The notes beneath the pieces were generated by a model, which was not told where the DNA came from, ran no database searches, and saw only the letters and a list, made by a program, of their open reading frames with translations. A DNA stretch of 39,172 nt from Catajapyx aquilonaris (lineage: Eukaryota): positions 1 to 39,172 of the forward strand of contig JYFJ02003658.1 of assembly GCA_000934665.2 (NCBI GenBank), written 5' to 3'. This document shows, piece after piece, positions 1 to 11,200 of this stretch (the stretch's first letter is position 1; every line of letters starts with the position of its first letter). Made by a program: the position numbers and the translations under genes.

Positions 1-46
1 CCCCCCTCCCCCCCTTCACTTGTCCGCGCGGATTATGGACGGCCCC
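1..46. mobile_element. End of a probable PIF/Harbinger-type MITE, cut by the window edge
   Basis: Reverse complement reads GGGGCCGTCCATAATCCGCGCGGAC...GGGGGAGGGGGG, a typical Harbinger-MITE terminus; the other end is not visible. Confidence 0.4.
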
Positions 47-226
47 AATACAGGAAACTGGTCGAGAACCTGTAAGCTGCTTAATGGAGGTCCATGGAAG
101 TGATAGTGATTGGTGGTGTCGTAACTTCAGATCCAGCCAGCGATGCCTTTCTTTGCTAGCTCTGCTTCAAGTCTTATGGAAAGCTGGCAGGTGATATCAC
201 ATGGTCCAGACATATCTATGTGCAAC

Positions 227-379
227 ATGGTATCAACAGTGCAAAAAGAACTTTCCCAGTCATCCTGACGTGTGGGCTGGCCGCTTGACACACACCATGT
301 AAGTTACATGGTGTGTGTCGAGCGGGCAGCACACACATCAGGATGACTGGGAAAGTTCTTTTTGGACTGATGGTACCAT
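227..379. repeat. Near-perfect palindrome of about 153 bp with a 1-nt loop, likely a collapsed Tc1-type MITE
   Basis: Arms ...CAGTGCAAAAAGAACTTTCCCAGTCATCCTGA...CACACCATGTAA-G-TTACATGGTGTG...TCAGGATGACTGGGAAAGTTCTTTTTGGACTG. Confidence 0.85.
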
Positions 380-440
380 AATTAGGCAATTGGTCTAATT
401 GTCTCTCCTTTGGCCCTTCTTGACATGCATTGTCCAAATA

Positions 441-529
441 CAGTCGACTATGGATATAGGATATAGGATGGATTTAGGATACTGATTTCCACGGTCCCTT
501 GAAATCTCTTACATCTATAGAGTTGACTG
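441..529. mobile_element. Tiny pogo/Tigger-like MITE
   Basis: TA-CAGTCGACT...AGTTGACTG-TA; shares the internal CAAGGGACCG.GGAAATCAGT, in inverted orientation, with 28640..28738. Confidence 0.7.
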
Positions 530-559
530 TACTGTATAATGTGGGCATGCAAGTGAAAT

Positions 560-758
560 CCAGTACCTCGCCAACATGAACTTCAACTTAGGGAGACTGA
601 AAATGCATTGACATTCCATCGTAAGGCCCTGCCAGCACTTCGAGATATGGAGAACTTCGAGTTAGGGAAGTTTATTTCCTATTATTTTACATTGGGACCA
701 ACCGAGCTCATCATTTTCTTCGACTTATAGAAAACTTCGACTTAGGGAAGTTTTACTG
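560..758. mobile_element. Degenerate pogo/Tigger-like MITE
   Basis: Right end AACTTCGACTTAGGGAAGTTTTACTG-TA; motif AACTTC(G/A)A.TTAGGGA occurs 3 times; left end eroded. Confidence 0.5.
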
Positions 759-814
759 TATCTGGAAACTGGTTTTTTGGACTGTTAGTGTATTTCACTT
801 GCTTGCCCACAATA

Positions 815-1313
815 TGAAGACCTCGGGGGAAGAACAATCAAGGTCCACTCTTTGTCAAAAATGAGTTACATATGAGGCGCTTAGAACAAAAGTGGCCCAA
901 GTCCAAAAAAAGTAATGCTACAAAAATTGACCTGAAATGCCCCATGGCAGAGGCAATTCTCCTTGGAGCATAAATATGATTACTCCATCTACTGGCCAAA
1001 TGTCCATTAGGACCTACACCAACTTTGGACCAACTTGGAGTAGTCTTATGAGCTTGATGGCGGTCGTTTCTCGGCAGTGGCAAAAATGGACTTGGGGCAC
1101 TTTTGTTCTAAGCGCCTCATATCTCAGAAGATAGTTTCACTAGTGTACAATATGATGGTTTGGTCGTGGTTGTGGAGTAATGATCATAGGTCACTATGGA
1201 AGGCCCCGAAAGTGGGATTTACAATGGAACCTTATGGGCCTTTGAAATTTAAAATTGGAATATCTCAGTTTCACCTGAAGTGGACCTTGTTCGTTCTTCC
1301 CCCGAGGTCTTCA
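815..1313. mobile_element. Non-autonomous Tc1/mariner-type element with TIRs and an internal inverted repeat
   Basis: TA-TGAAGACCTCGGGGGAAGAACAATCAAGGTCCACT...AGTGGACCTTGTTCGTTCTTCCCCGAGGTCTTCA-TA; internal IR 871-904 versus 1087-1121. Confidence 0.8.
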
Positions 1314-1802
1314 TACAGCCTACTCCTTTTTCCTTTCGTATCCAGTCAATGTCACTGCACTGCAATAAAGTCTCATTCAGTAGGTTACATAATTTCAAAT
1401 GTAACGAAACACAACTTAGGCCAATACACTGTATTGGACATGAAACATTCTTAAGCATTGAGCCTGTGAACGCCTACTTGTACTTCAAGAATGGTTGTTG
1501 TGAAGAGGTCAATTAAAAAGCCTAACAAGACCTGTGAATCCCATTTATTGTTCTGGTAATAAATGTGCTTTACAATTGATGTACCAGTCCAAGGAACTGT
1601 CATCAAGCATAAAAATTGGGTGCAATGTAAATTTATTTGCACTGAGGTCCCAACAAAAAAAAGACATTGTATTGCCATAATACACATTTTTTGTGTTGCA
1701 TTTGTTACTGGGTAGACATGATTTCATTCGATTCAGCACTGGTGTTGTGAGCTTGGCATAACTTAATATCTTTCCTGGTAGTGCCATATTTTCATAGAGG
1801 CA

Positions 1803-2354
1803 TGAGGGTCAATCAATGAATTCTCGGGCTGACATAGGAGTTGACATAATTATAAGAACATACTGCCACTAAATTACAGTGGCACTCTCTATAACAGCAC
1901 CCACAACGTTTCATTGCAATTGCATTATTCCACTGGTAGTATTGCACATTTGACTTGGTAAATGTGTGGGCTCTTCTAATGATGGAGAACACCCATGCCT
2001 CATGTGTCGCACTGTCACTGGCACGAGTCCCACACAGGATCTTTTTCATCTTTGGGAATAGGGGCTAGTCCATGGTAGTTAGAGGAAGCCAAATCTGTGG
2101 GATGGGAGAGCAGTCGAAGCCACAATTGACAGCAGCAACCGCGGCGCTTGAGGTGTGGGTATTCCCTATGGTTAGAAGAGCCCACACTTTCACCATCACC
2201 ATCTTAAGTGTCCAATACTCCCAGTGGAATGATGCAATTGCAATGAAACTTTGCAGGTGCTGTTCTAGAGAATTGCCACTACATTTCAGTGGCAGCATGT
2301 CATTACATGTCAACTCCTTCTATGCCAGGCTGAAAATTCATTGACTGACCCTCA
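1803..2354. mobile_element. Old palindromic mariner-type fold-back MITE
   Basis: TGAGGGTCAATCAATGAATT...AATTCATTGACTGACCCTCA-TA; diverged arms of more than 200 bp; ORFs 1813..2049(-) and 2072..2344(+) give similar peptides (WVF..RRAHTFT). Confidence 0.75.
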
Positions 2355-2412
2355 TACACATTATGTAGCACATTACACTGACAAATTTCAATCACCTGCA
2401 TTGACTCTTGTA

Positions 2413-3348
2413 CCTTACCCAAATCCCGTAGTCGACGCGCGCTCCAAAAAAGTGGAGGGGTGGGGTAGTAAACATATGTGATAAAATAATCTTCGTTAAG
2501 ATTATCTGGACTTTAGAATTGATAATTATTAATCGTAACAAGGGAGCTAGGATGGCACCAAAGTTCAAGTTAATTTGACAGTTAATAACTGAAACAAATA
2601 TGATTACACTTTGGACAGAGAATTTCTGGGGGGTCTGGTAATAATTCCCGTCACTACGTTAATTTGTTACGTAGCAGGACATTAATTTTAATGCTGAACC
2701 TGAGGGGCCACACAAACCCAAAGACTGCATTGAAATTCATTACTAAAAGTTGTCACAGAATTTTAAAGTGTTTTCCATGACTTGTAGAAGTGAAATGATC
2801 TGCACATTTTTGAATGACGGGATATTAAAGCCATTTCACATTAACTGAATTGATATTTTTTATAGTAGCACATTGGAGTGAGGTCTAAATACACAATGTT
2901 ACGACATTTTAATTTATTAATAAATAACAATTTTAAATGTAGTTCACCAAAGTGTAGCAATTTCTGAAAATGTACACGAGATATAAACATTTTAAATTCA
3001 GTGACAAATTTTTTGCAATTAATTTCAATGCAGTCTTTGGGTTCGTGTGCCCCCTCAGGTTCATCATTAAAATTAATGTCCTGCTATGTAACAAATTAGC
3101 GTAGTGATAGCAATATATTATTACCAGACCCCACAGAAATTCACTGTCCAAAGTGTAATCATATTCGTTTCAGTTGTTAACTGTCAAATTAACTTTAACT
3201 TTGGTGACATCCGAGCTCCATTGTTACGATTGTAATTATCAATTCCAAAGTCCAGATAATCTTAACGGAGATTTTTTATCACATTTTGTTTACTACCCCA
3301 CCCCTCCACTTTTTTGGGGTGCATGTAGACTATGGGATTTGTGTAAGG
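2413..3348. mobile_element. Fold-back DNA element family A, copy 1 (TIRs about 360 bp, TA flanks)
   Basis: TA-CCTTACCCAAATCCC...GGGATTTGTGTAAGG-TA; arms about 2413-2773 and 2985-3348; second copy at 5917..7326. Confidence 0.88.
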
Positions 3349-5102
3349 TAAGTAAAATGCTGTTGGAATGTGCGACAAATATACTGAGAGGTTCTATGGA
3401 CATTTCATCTGCCGCTGAATATTGTATAGTACTTGTACTCTGTCATAAAAATAAATGACTCAATAATGTACATGATTTGCTACACATTACCATCCATTCA
3501 CAGGAACTGCAGGGTGGGCCAAAAGTAAGGACACACATTTGGTGAGTAAGTTCTGAATTGAGGCAGTAAATCATAGTCCAAGCGTAAATACTGCAAGACT
3601 GTTTACAGCAGCCTTACTAAGTTAATACAGTTGCTCTCTCAAATGATGTGCAGAACTGGCTCAAATTTTCAAAGTTCTACCTCAGGGCCATCTGTCTGTG
3701 ATCATTCAAAGCGACCGCTGCTTATCAGCATATGAAGATTGCCTTGGGTGGAATTTTCAATGACTCCAGATGCAGCTTGATATCACACATTTGGTACTGA
3801 TTATTTGGGCACCTTAAGACATGTGAAGCAATGTTATTGTTGCAGGAAAGTTCATTTTAACTTCTTTCTTTTGAAAATGAACTACTCTGCTCTCCAAAAA
3901 TGAATTGAATTCAGAACCTTTTTTGGTGACATCCCCAGACATCCATCTCAGCCAAGAAAGTAGTACTCCTTTTTTTAGAGTCACAATTTCGTGACATATT
4001 TGGCACCTCTCACTCAAAATGAGTATGCAGTAGAGAAAGGGAGAGTCCACTGCAAACTTTATGATTGCCTCTTTGCAATACAATTTGTTTTGTGATTATC
4101 TCTACCTATTTAAAAGTTACGGAGGATGGCAACAATGACTTGTGTGACCATACTGTACTCTGCCTAAAAGATTAGGCATATATGAAAGAGGAGAATATCT
4201 GTCCTTGACGTGGAAGTCTGAATATGAAATAGATATTCCATTATCGTAATGATTCACCTAAAATGAAAAAAAAATAATAATAATACTGGGATCATGTGAT
4301 TATAAGCTTCATGGGCTTATGACACTCCTCTGTCCCTTGTACCATTGAGTTCTGAAGGACTCTGCAAGAAAGAGATTGTGCTTTTAGTCACCACAGTGCC
4401 TATTTAGGCAAAAGTCATCCTTTTTTGCTTGATAGCAGCATGTGACAAGACATGACATATCACATCAGAGATATTAGTTCTGGGCACTTTAGTATTCCCA
4501 GTTATTGAATGTTTTGGCTACATAATGTGTTGGCAGAGACAACTGTTTCACCCTTTGGTCCAGACTTGAGAGGCAAGGGCATAATGACTACCTCATGTTA
4601 GGGCAACTTACAGTCACAAATGCTTGAAAACTTCCTGAACCCAACAATACAAAATTGCATATTAGAATCTCCCTAAATTACCAGGCACATAGTGTGTTAT
4701 GTATAATCAGCAAACAATTGAAGGTAGGAAGGAAGGCAACAGCTATCTAGCCCTCTCTAACAAGAGAGAAGCCTAAAATTACACACACCATACTTCAACT
4801 GTCACTTGTGAACACAGGCTTCAATCATACATGCCCCTACAGAAGGAAATTCTCAAATGTGTTTCCTTACATACGCCCACCTTGCATCATGTCTAGTAAT
4901 TGCAAGGCCATTACAAATCTAGGGTCAATAGGATGCTGTTACCCTCCAAGCACATGTGCATTAGCATGGGGTGGACTAGTTGAATACAATAAAATCAACC
5001 ATAAATCTCAGCTCTCAAAGCTATTGACCTAGATAAGTTATCACTGAAGCTTGATTCGTGCATAATAAAATCTCTTAAATTCCATAACTGGCCATCACAT
5101 CA

Positions 5103-5292
5103 TCATCGTCTCAGGCCATAAACAGACACGAAAGAATCTACGCTCCCAGCAGCTAAAAGAATCCGGTGGGGATGAAAACTAAGACAACGAGCTGGCCCAA
5201 TGCGCTGCCCCATAAAACCATCATGGTATTTCACGGAGTTGAGCTGCAGCCCCTTTTCTCCATAAACACCTATAAATTGTCCTACTGAACTG
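5103..5292 (-). CDS. RPTOR: Raptor terminal coding exon 21 ([10 protein letters not shown]...[13 protein letters not shown]...VSVYGLRR*)
   Basis: Conserved C-terminus; stop TGA at 5105-5103 followed directly by a second TGA. Confidence 0.93.
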
Positions 5293-8200
5293 CTGCAAGA
5301 GAAATGACCATATTGGTAAATTTATTGTAACAAGAGAGAAGCTAAACAAAATAGGGCTCAATTTTGATATTGAGATGATATTTACCATGCAAACATTTGT
5401 GCATGTGGATGAACACTCATGGCAGTCATGCCATCAGTTGTGTTGCAGACTGCTGCTGCATTTGCTCGTCCCATCTCAAAGAATCGCACATCGCCTGACA
5501 CACTGGATTATAAATGTTTTTAGACACTAATAATGGCCATGGCATTCTCATTTAGCACTCACCATCCAGATGTGATGGATCGACCATCAGAATGAAGATG
5601 GGCATCTACAACCCAGCTTGAGTGTTCCCGCCAGGTCATAATTCGACTTGCAGCTGACTGCAGCCGCCGGTCAAATACACGAACAGAACCATCGCCACAC
5701 CCTGTTACTACTAAAGAATTACCTGAAATGGATTGTGAAAATAATTACTGTGAATGCTAAAAACAAAAGAAATTGTGCCTATACGTAAGATGTTTGTTAT
5801 TTTTCAAACCTCAACCTACACACTACTTTTGATCTCTGTAGTGCACGTGCAAGATTAGTTTCTGCTCCAATGCATACAAAACTCTACCACTACTAACATT
5901 TAACTTCTGCATATTACCTTACCCAAATTCCAACTACTACATGCGCCCCAAAAAAATGGAGGGGTGGGGCAGTAAACAAATTGTGATAAAAAATCTGTTA
6001 AGATTGTCTGGACTTCAGAATTGATAATTATTAATAATAACAATGGAGCTAGGATGGCACTAAAGTTAAAGTTAATTTGACAGTTATCAATATGATTACA
6101 CTTCAGACAGTGAATTTCTGTGGGGTATGGTAATAATATATTGCTGTCACTACGTTATTTGGTTATGTAGGAGGACATTAATTTTAATGATCCATCTAAG
6201 GGGTCACACAAACACGAAGACTGCATTGAAATTAAGTACAAAAATTTGTCACTGAATTTGAAAATGTTTATACTGTATCATATACATTTTCAGAAATTGC
6301 TACACTTTGCGGTACTACATTTAACATTGTTATTTATTAATAAATGAAAATGTGATGACATTGTGTATTTAGACCTCAGTCAAACGTGCTACGATAAAAA
6401 TATCAATTCAATTAATGTGAAATGGCTTTAAATGTCCCTTCATTTAAAAATGTACAGATAATTTCACTTCTGCAAGACATGAAAAAAACGTTTTAAAATT
6501 CAGTGACAAATATTTTGTAATTAATTTCAATGCAGTCTTTGGGTTTGCGTGGTCCCTCAGGTTCACCATTAAAATTAATGTCCTGCTATGTAACAAATTA
6601 ACGTAGTGACAGGAATTATTACCAGACGCCACAGAAATTCACTGTCCAAAGTGTAATATTTGTTTCAGTTGTTAACCCTTCAATGGTGATGTGCCTGAAA
6701 GTGACGTTAACCATGACGTGGGGTCCTTTAGGACCCCATGCCATATTTTAATTTTCATTAATTTTTATATAGTAGCCTACTTTTCAATGTATTGACTATA
6801 ATTGCATATTATGCAATCATTCTTTCACAATGCCTAAAATGATCTCTAATTCAAAATAAACATGCACTTCCTGTTATTTACTTTTTTTAAATGGCAACAG
6901 TTCATTCTTGTAGCGGAGAGTTTTCTTTCGCATATGCCGGGAACCGTGACGTGGGGTCCTCAACGACTTATCTCCATTTTGGTACGCGTGAAAATTATGA
7001 AACCGGATTTGATCCATGAAAGGAAGGTTTTTTTTGAGGAATACAAGGAGTTTCAGGTCATTAGCGTTTCAAGGTCACTCATTGCGATTCATTTTACATT
7101 TTCACTTCCTTTGGCGCCCTAAAAGATCCCACGTCATGGTTCCAGGGTTAACTGTCAAATTAACTTCAACTTTGGTGTCATCCTAGCTCCATGGTTACGA
7201 TTAAAAATTAAAATTATCAATTCGAAAGTCCAGATAATCTTAACTGAGATTTTTTATCACATTTGGTTTACTACCCCACCCCTCCACATTTTTGGGGCGC
7301 GTGAAGCAGTAGGGATTTGGGTAAAGTATATCTGCTAGACAAGAATTCAAATCACCTGGTACCAGTGATTGCAGTATGGAATTACAATATACCACTGGCT
7401 AATTAGGCTCATGTGTAACTGGGTTTGTGTAGATAACTGCCCCCTGAGGATCTCCCATATGCTGGGTACATTATAAACCTTCTCAAGTTCTTTCCTGTCA
7501 ACACTGCAGGCTTAGAACTCCCAGTCAGCCTTTGAAAATTGGTTACAAAAGTTTGTACAGGGTGGGCGAAAAGTCCCAGGACACCTGACTATTTTTGCCT
7601 GCAAAACAAATCTGTGCATGGAAAATGTGTCGGAGATGCTGGTGTAACATCTTCTGGACACTGACGGAACTGTTTGATGAGGGGAGACATCTGACGACCC
7701 CCAACAACACGCACAATAAATTAACAATGTTAACAGTGCAAGATGGCGGATACGAGCGGGTTCACTGTGGAGGAAAGACTTGTGGCTACTGTGTGGGTCC
7801 ACGAGAGGCCTCATACGGGAAAGAACCTAACGCACATCATGCAGGATATCAGGGCTCGTTTTGGTAAGGCGCCACTGAGAAGAAGTAACTTGTTCAAGTG
7901 GGAGAAAAAAGCATTTAGCAAGGGACGTGTCTTTCACGCTTCCCGTCTTTCACATTTCACATGCTAAATGCTTTTTTCTCCCACTTGAACAAGTTACTTC
8001 TCGGTGACACCTTACCGAAACGAGCCCTGATATCCTGCATGATGTGCGTTAGGTTCTTTCCCGTATGAGGCCTCTCGTGGACCCACACAGTAGGCACAAG
8101 TCTTTCCTCCACAGTGAACCCGCTCGTATCCGCCATCATGCACTGTTAACATTGTTAATTTATTGTGGGTGTTGTTGGGGGTCGTCAGATGTCTCCCCTC

Positions 8201-11200
8201 ATCAAACAGTTCCGTCAGTGTCCAGAAGATGTTACACCAGCATCTCCGACACATTTTCCATGCACAGATTATTTTGTTATGCAGGCAAAAAAAGCCAGGT
8301 GTCCTGGGACTTTTCGCCCACCCTGTACATTCTGTTCTTCAATTTTATCTTATACACAGTTCTGGATTTCTACACAACTGCTATGTAAGGTTCTGAATTT
8401 GAAAATAGCTATAAAAGATAAGCTCTTTCACTATGAAAGAAGTGCTGTGGTCAGCTGCAAATACCTGTCAATATGACAAATTATGGACAAATTAATTTTA
8501 TTGGCACCTACCTGAGGACAAGCAGGTAACACACTTGTCGGCACCAGTGGGAATGTCAAGAAGTCGCAATTGTCGTTCTAAGTCCCATACCCTCACAACT
8601 CGCATGTCCCCGGCAGCCAATAGAAGCTGTGATGACTGCTCCCAAGAAAGGACCAAGCCTGACCCTGAGAGAGAAGCTAAGACAACTTCGTGTATCTTGT
8701 TAAATGGCATTTATCACTCACCTCTTGAGCTAGCCAACTCAGGCATGGCCTGCCAGGCAGTGACTAACTCTGAACTTGCCCCAGCATTGGGCACAAGGTT
8801 GCGCCATATGCGGATAGCACCATCATCTGTGCCTAGCATCAAGAGTGGGACATCATGGGCATTGACAAAATCCATGGCTGTTATGCGTGTTCCTCTTGGA
8901 TTGGTATTAGTGTGATGTGACAAACGTTGACCATTCTCCCATGTCCATATGCTGCAGTTTCAAAGAGGGTGTTCAACTCTCATGTGTAATGTGGATGGCT
9001 GATTGTGGTCACCTGAATGAGTCCTTGTCTGCCACTGCCAAGTGCGGCTCATATGGATGAAAACGTACCACACAGGGAACATTCTGATTACGGCTTGAAA
9101 ATATGTGATCATCCACTCGTCCTACCACAGCCCTTTTCTGTTCCAATTGGGCCTGCCGCCTCAACCGCGCATTGCGCAAGTATCTGAAGAAGAAAAAAAC
9201 CAACAGTGATTTAACAAGGAAATATAGCGTACTCAAATTGGATGCTACTCTAAATTATGAAATGTTGTCATGTTCAGCTCATTCTCAGGGTCCCTTATAC
9301 ACCCTGTCACATCAGAAATCAGGGAGACGGAGTGGCGCCGCGGTAACGTGCGCGCCCACGGAAGTTAAGGTCCCGGGTTCAATCCCCACCCGGGGTTCCC
9401 ACCTTCTTTCGTGCAGAGTTGGGCCATCTCTGACTTCGTTTCGGGTGGCAATTTCCGATAGACTAAGCCACCCGGGGGAGTTCACAAAATGACCAATTAA
9501 CGACAGCGCACATGCACTTTGCACATCCCCTCCTACAAACCCTGGAGTACACTAATAAGATTTCATCTTAACACGCTCCAAAAAAATACCAATGGTGGTA
9601 ATCCACCACCCCCTAAAGACCTAACAGGTCATTCACGGGGTAAATTTTAAATTTTTACATCAGAAATGCTTATGTATTTCCTCTGGACATATAACAGGGT
9701 GGCCAAGATTCTGGGGTCAGCATTGTGCTGTTTTGCCCCTTTTGGGTTCACCTTAGTACTTGGTGGGCGCGTGGTAATTGGCGTTTCATCTCTCAAGTGG
9801 TGTATTTCCCCTTTTAGAAGTCAGGATGCCAATACCAATTCTCCAGGCTATCGGGTGAGTTGAGTATGGAACTTCTAAAAATATATGTACAGTCGAATCC
9901 CTCTATAACGAATCCGGATATAACGAAAATCCGCTTATAATGAAAGAAACTTTGTGACCGTCAGAGGCCCCATATAAACCAATGTTTAAAATATCCGCTT
10001 TTAAGTTTTAACGAAAGGATTTTCGGTTTCGGTTCACATATAACGAAAAAATCTCGCTCCTCCAGTCCCACCTCTCGGTCGAAAAAGGGCGGAAGTTGGC
10101 AAATTGGGCCATAAATCACCAGCTGTGTGTTCAGGATTCAAGCTTTTTTCACACATTCCGTCCAAAAGTTGATAATTTGGGGTCTTAATGGAAGGTAAAG
10201 GATTCTTTTGGGAGGGGGGGAGGGCTGTCGCACAGTGACTCAGAGCTGCCCACTGGATTTATTGCTAGCACGTGGCCCCCCAGGGAAGGAGGCAGATGGT
10301 TAAAACCTGGGAAAATTCATCGAAAATTTGAGCAGCAAAACGTATCACATCTGGAGCGGAATTCCCAGGTACACGGACTTATCATATGTGGCTAAACGGT
10401 GGGATGAGGGCTCGAGTGGAAAAGGAGAACCTGGGCTTTGGCCTGCATCTGGTGCAGTCCTCTGGTGTTTGTTCAGTCACAGTTTTTAGTACCGGAGATA
10501 AGAGCCTGACCTTTCCTTATCATCTTTCCCCCACCCATATCCTCTTTCCCCCTTTGGGTCTACTACTTATGGGAGATTATGGCGGGCATATTATGCCGGT
10601 GCGGCGGGTTAGCTGATCTGCCGAATTGCTGTAGCTTATTGTTGTCGACTTTGCGCCGTGCTTTGTGAGATAATCTAATTTAGGGCGGAAGAATTTTTTA
10701 ACTATTTTTCCTGCTACCAGCGCCTAAATATCGAAAAAAGTGAGGTTTACACGCGGTTTTTTATATAACGAATTTCACATATAACGAAAGAAAATTTGGT
10801 TCCCTTCAATTTCGTTATAGAGGGATTCGACTGTATATCGCTTGCCTACATTTTGTTCTTTCTATAAATAATTGAGCATTGCACTGCACTGCATAGCTTA
10901 CGCGCTAACACCACTGGAGGAGTTCAGCAATCCCGACTAACAAGATGGTGCCATGACCAGAATTTCTCTCTTTCTACTGTCAGTTGGAACGCGGTCTAGT
11001 CAATTAGAATAATGCAAAGTAATGTTCGAAGGATGCAATATTATGCCACAGTTTATCTGATGAGTCTGATCACTTACAGCATTTGGTACCCTTGAGTAGC
11101 AACTTGCTACATTTCGCTTTGAAAATGGCAGATTACAGCAGCTTCTGCTTATTGAGCATGAATTAAATGAATCTGTAGCGTCACTATGATATGACACGTA

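Noticed and set aside
3510..3815. Possible old CAGGGTG-type MITE
   Set aside because: Left end is recognisable, but the right TIR and TSD are too eroded to support a call
7512..8476. Several overlapping duplicated ORFs on both strands
   Set aside because: Produced by the palindromic element; only the MADTSGF frame resembles a transposase and it is truncated
9325..9400. tRNA-like sequence with A and B boxes
   Set aside because: No convincing full cloverleaf; it continues into a 260-bp body and is bounded by an 11-bp TSD, so it is a SINE head
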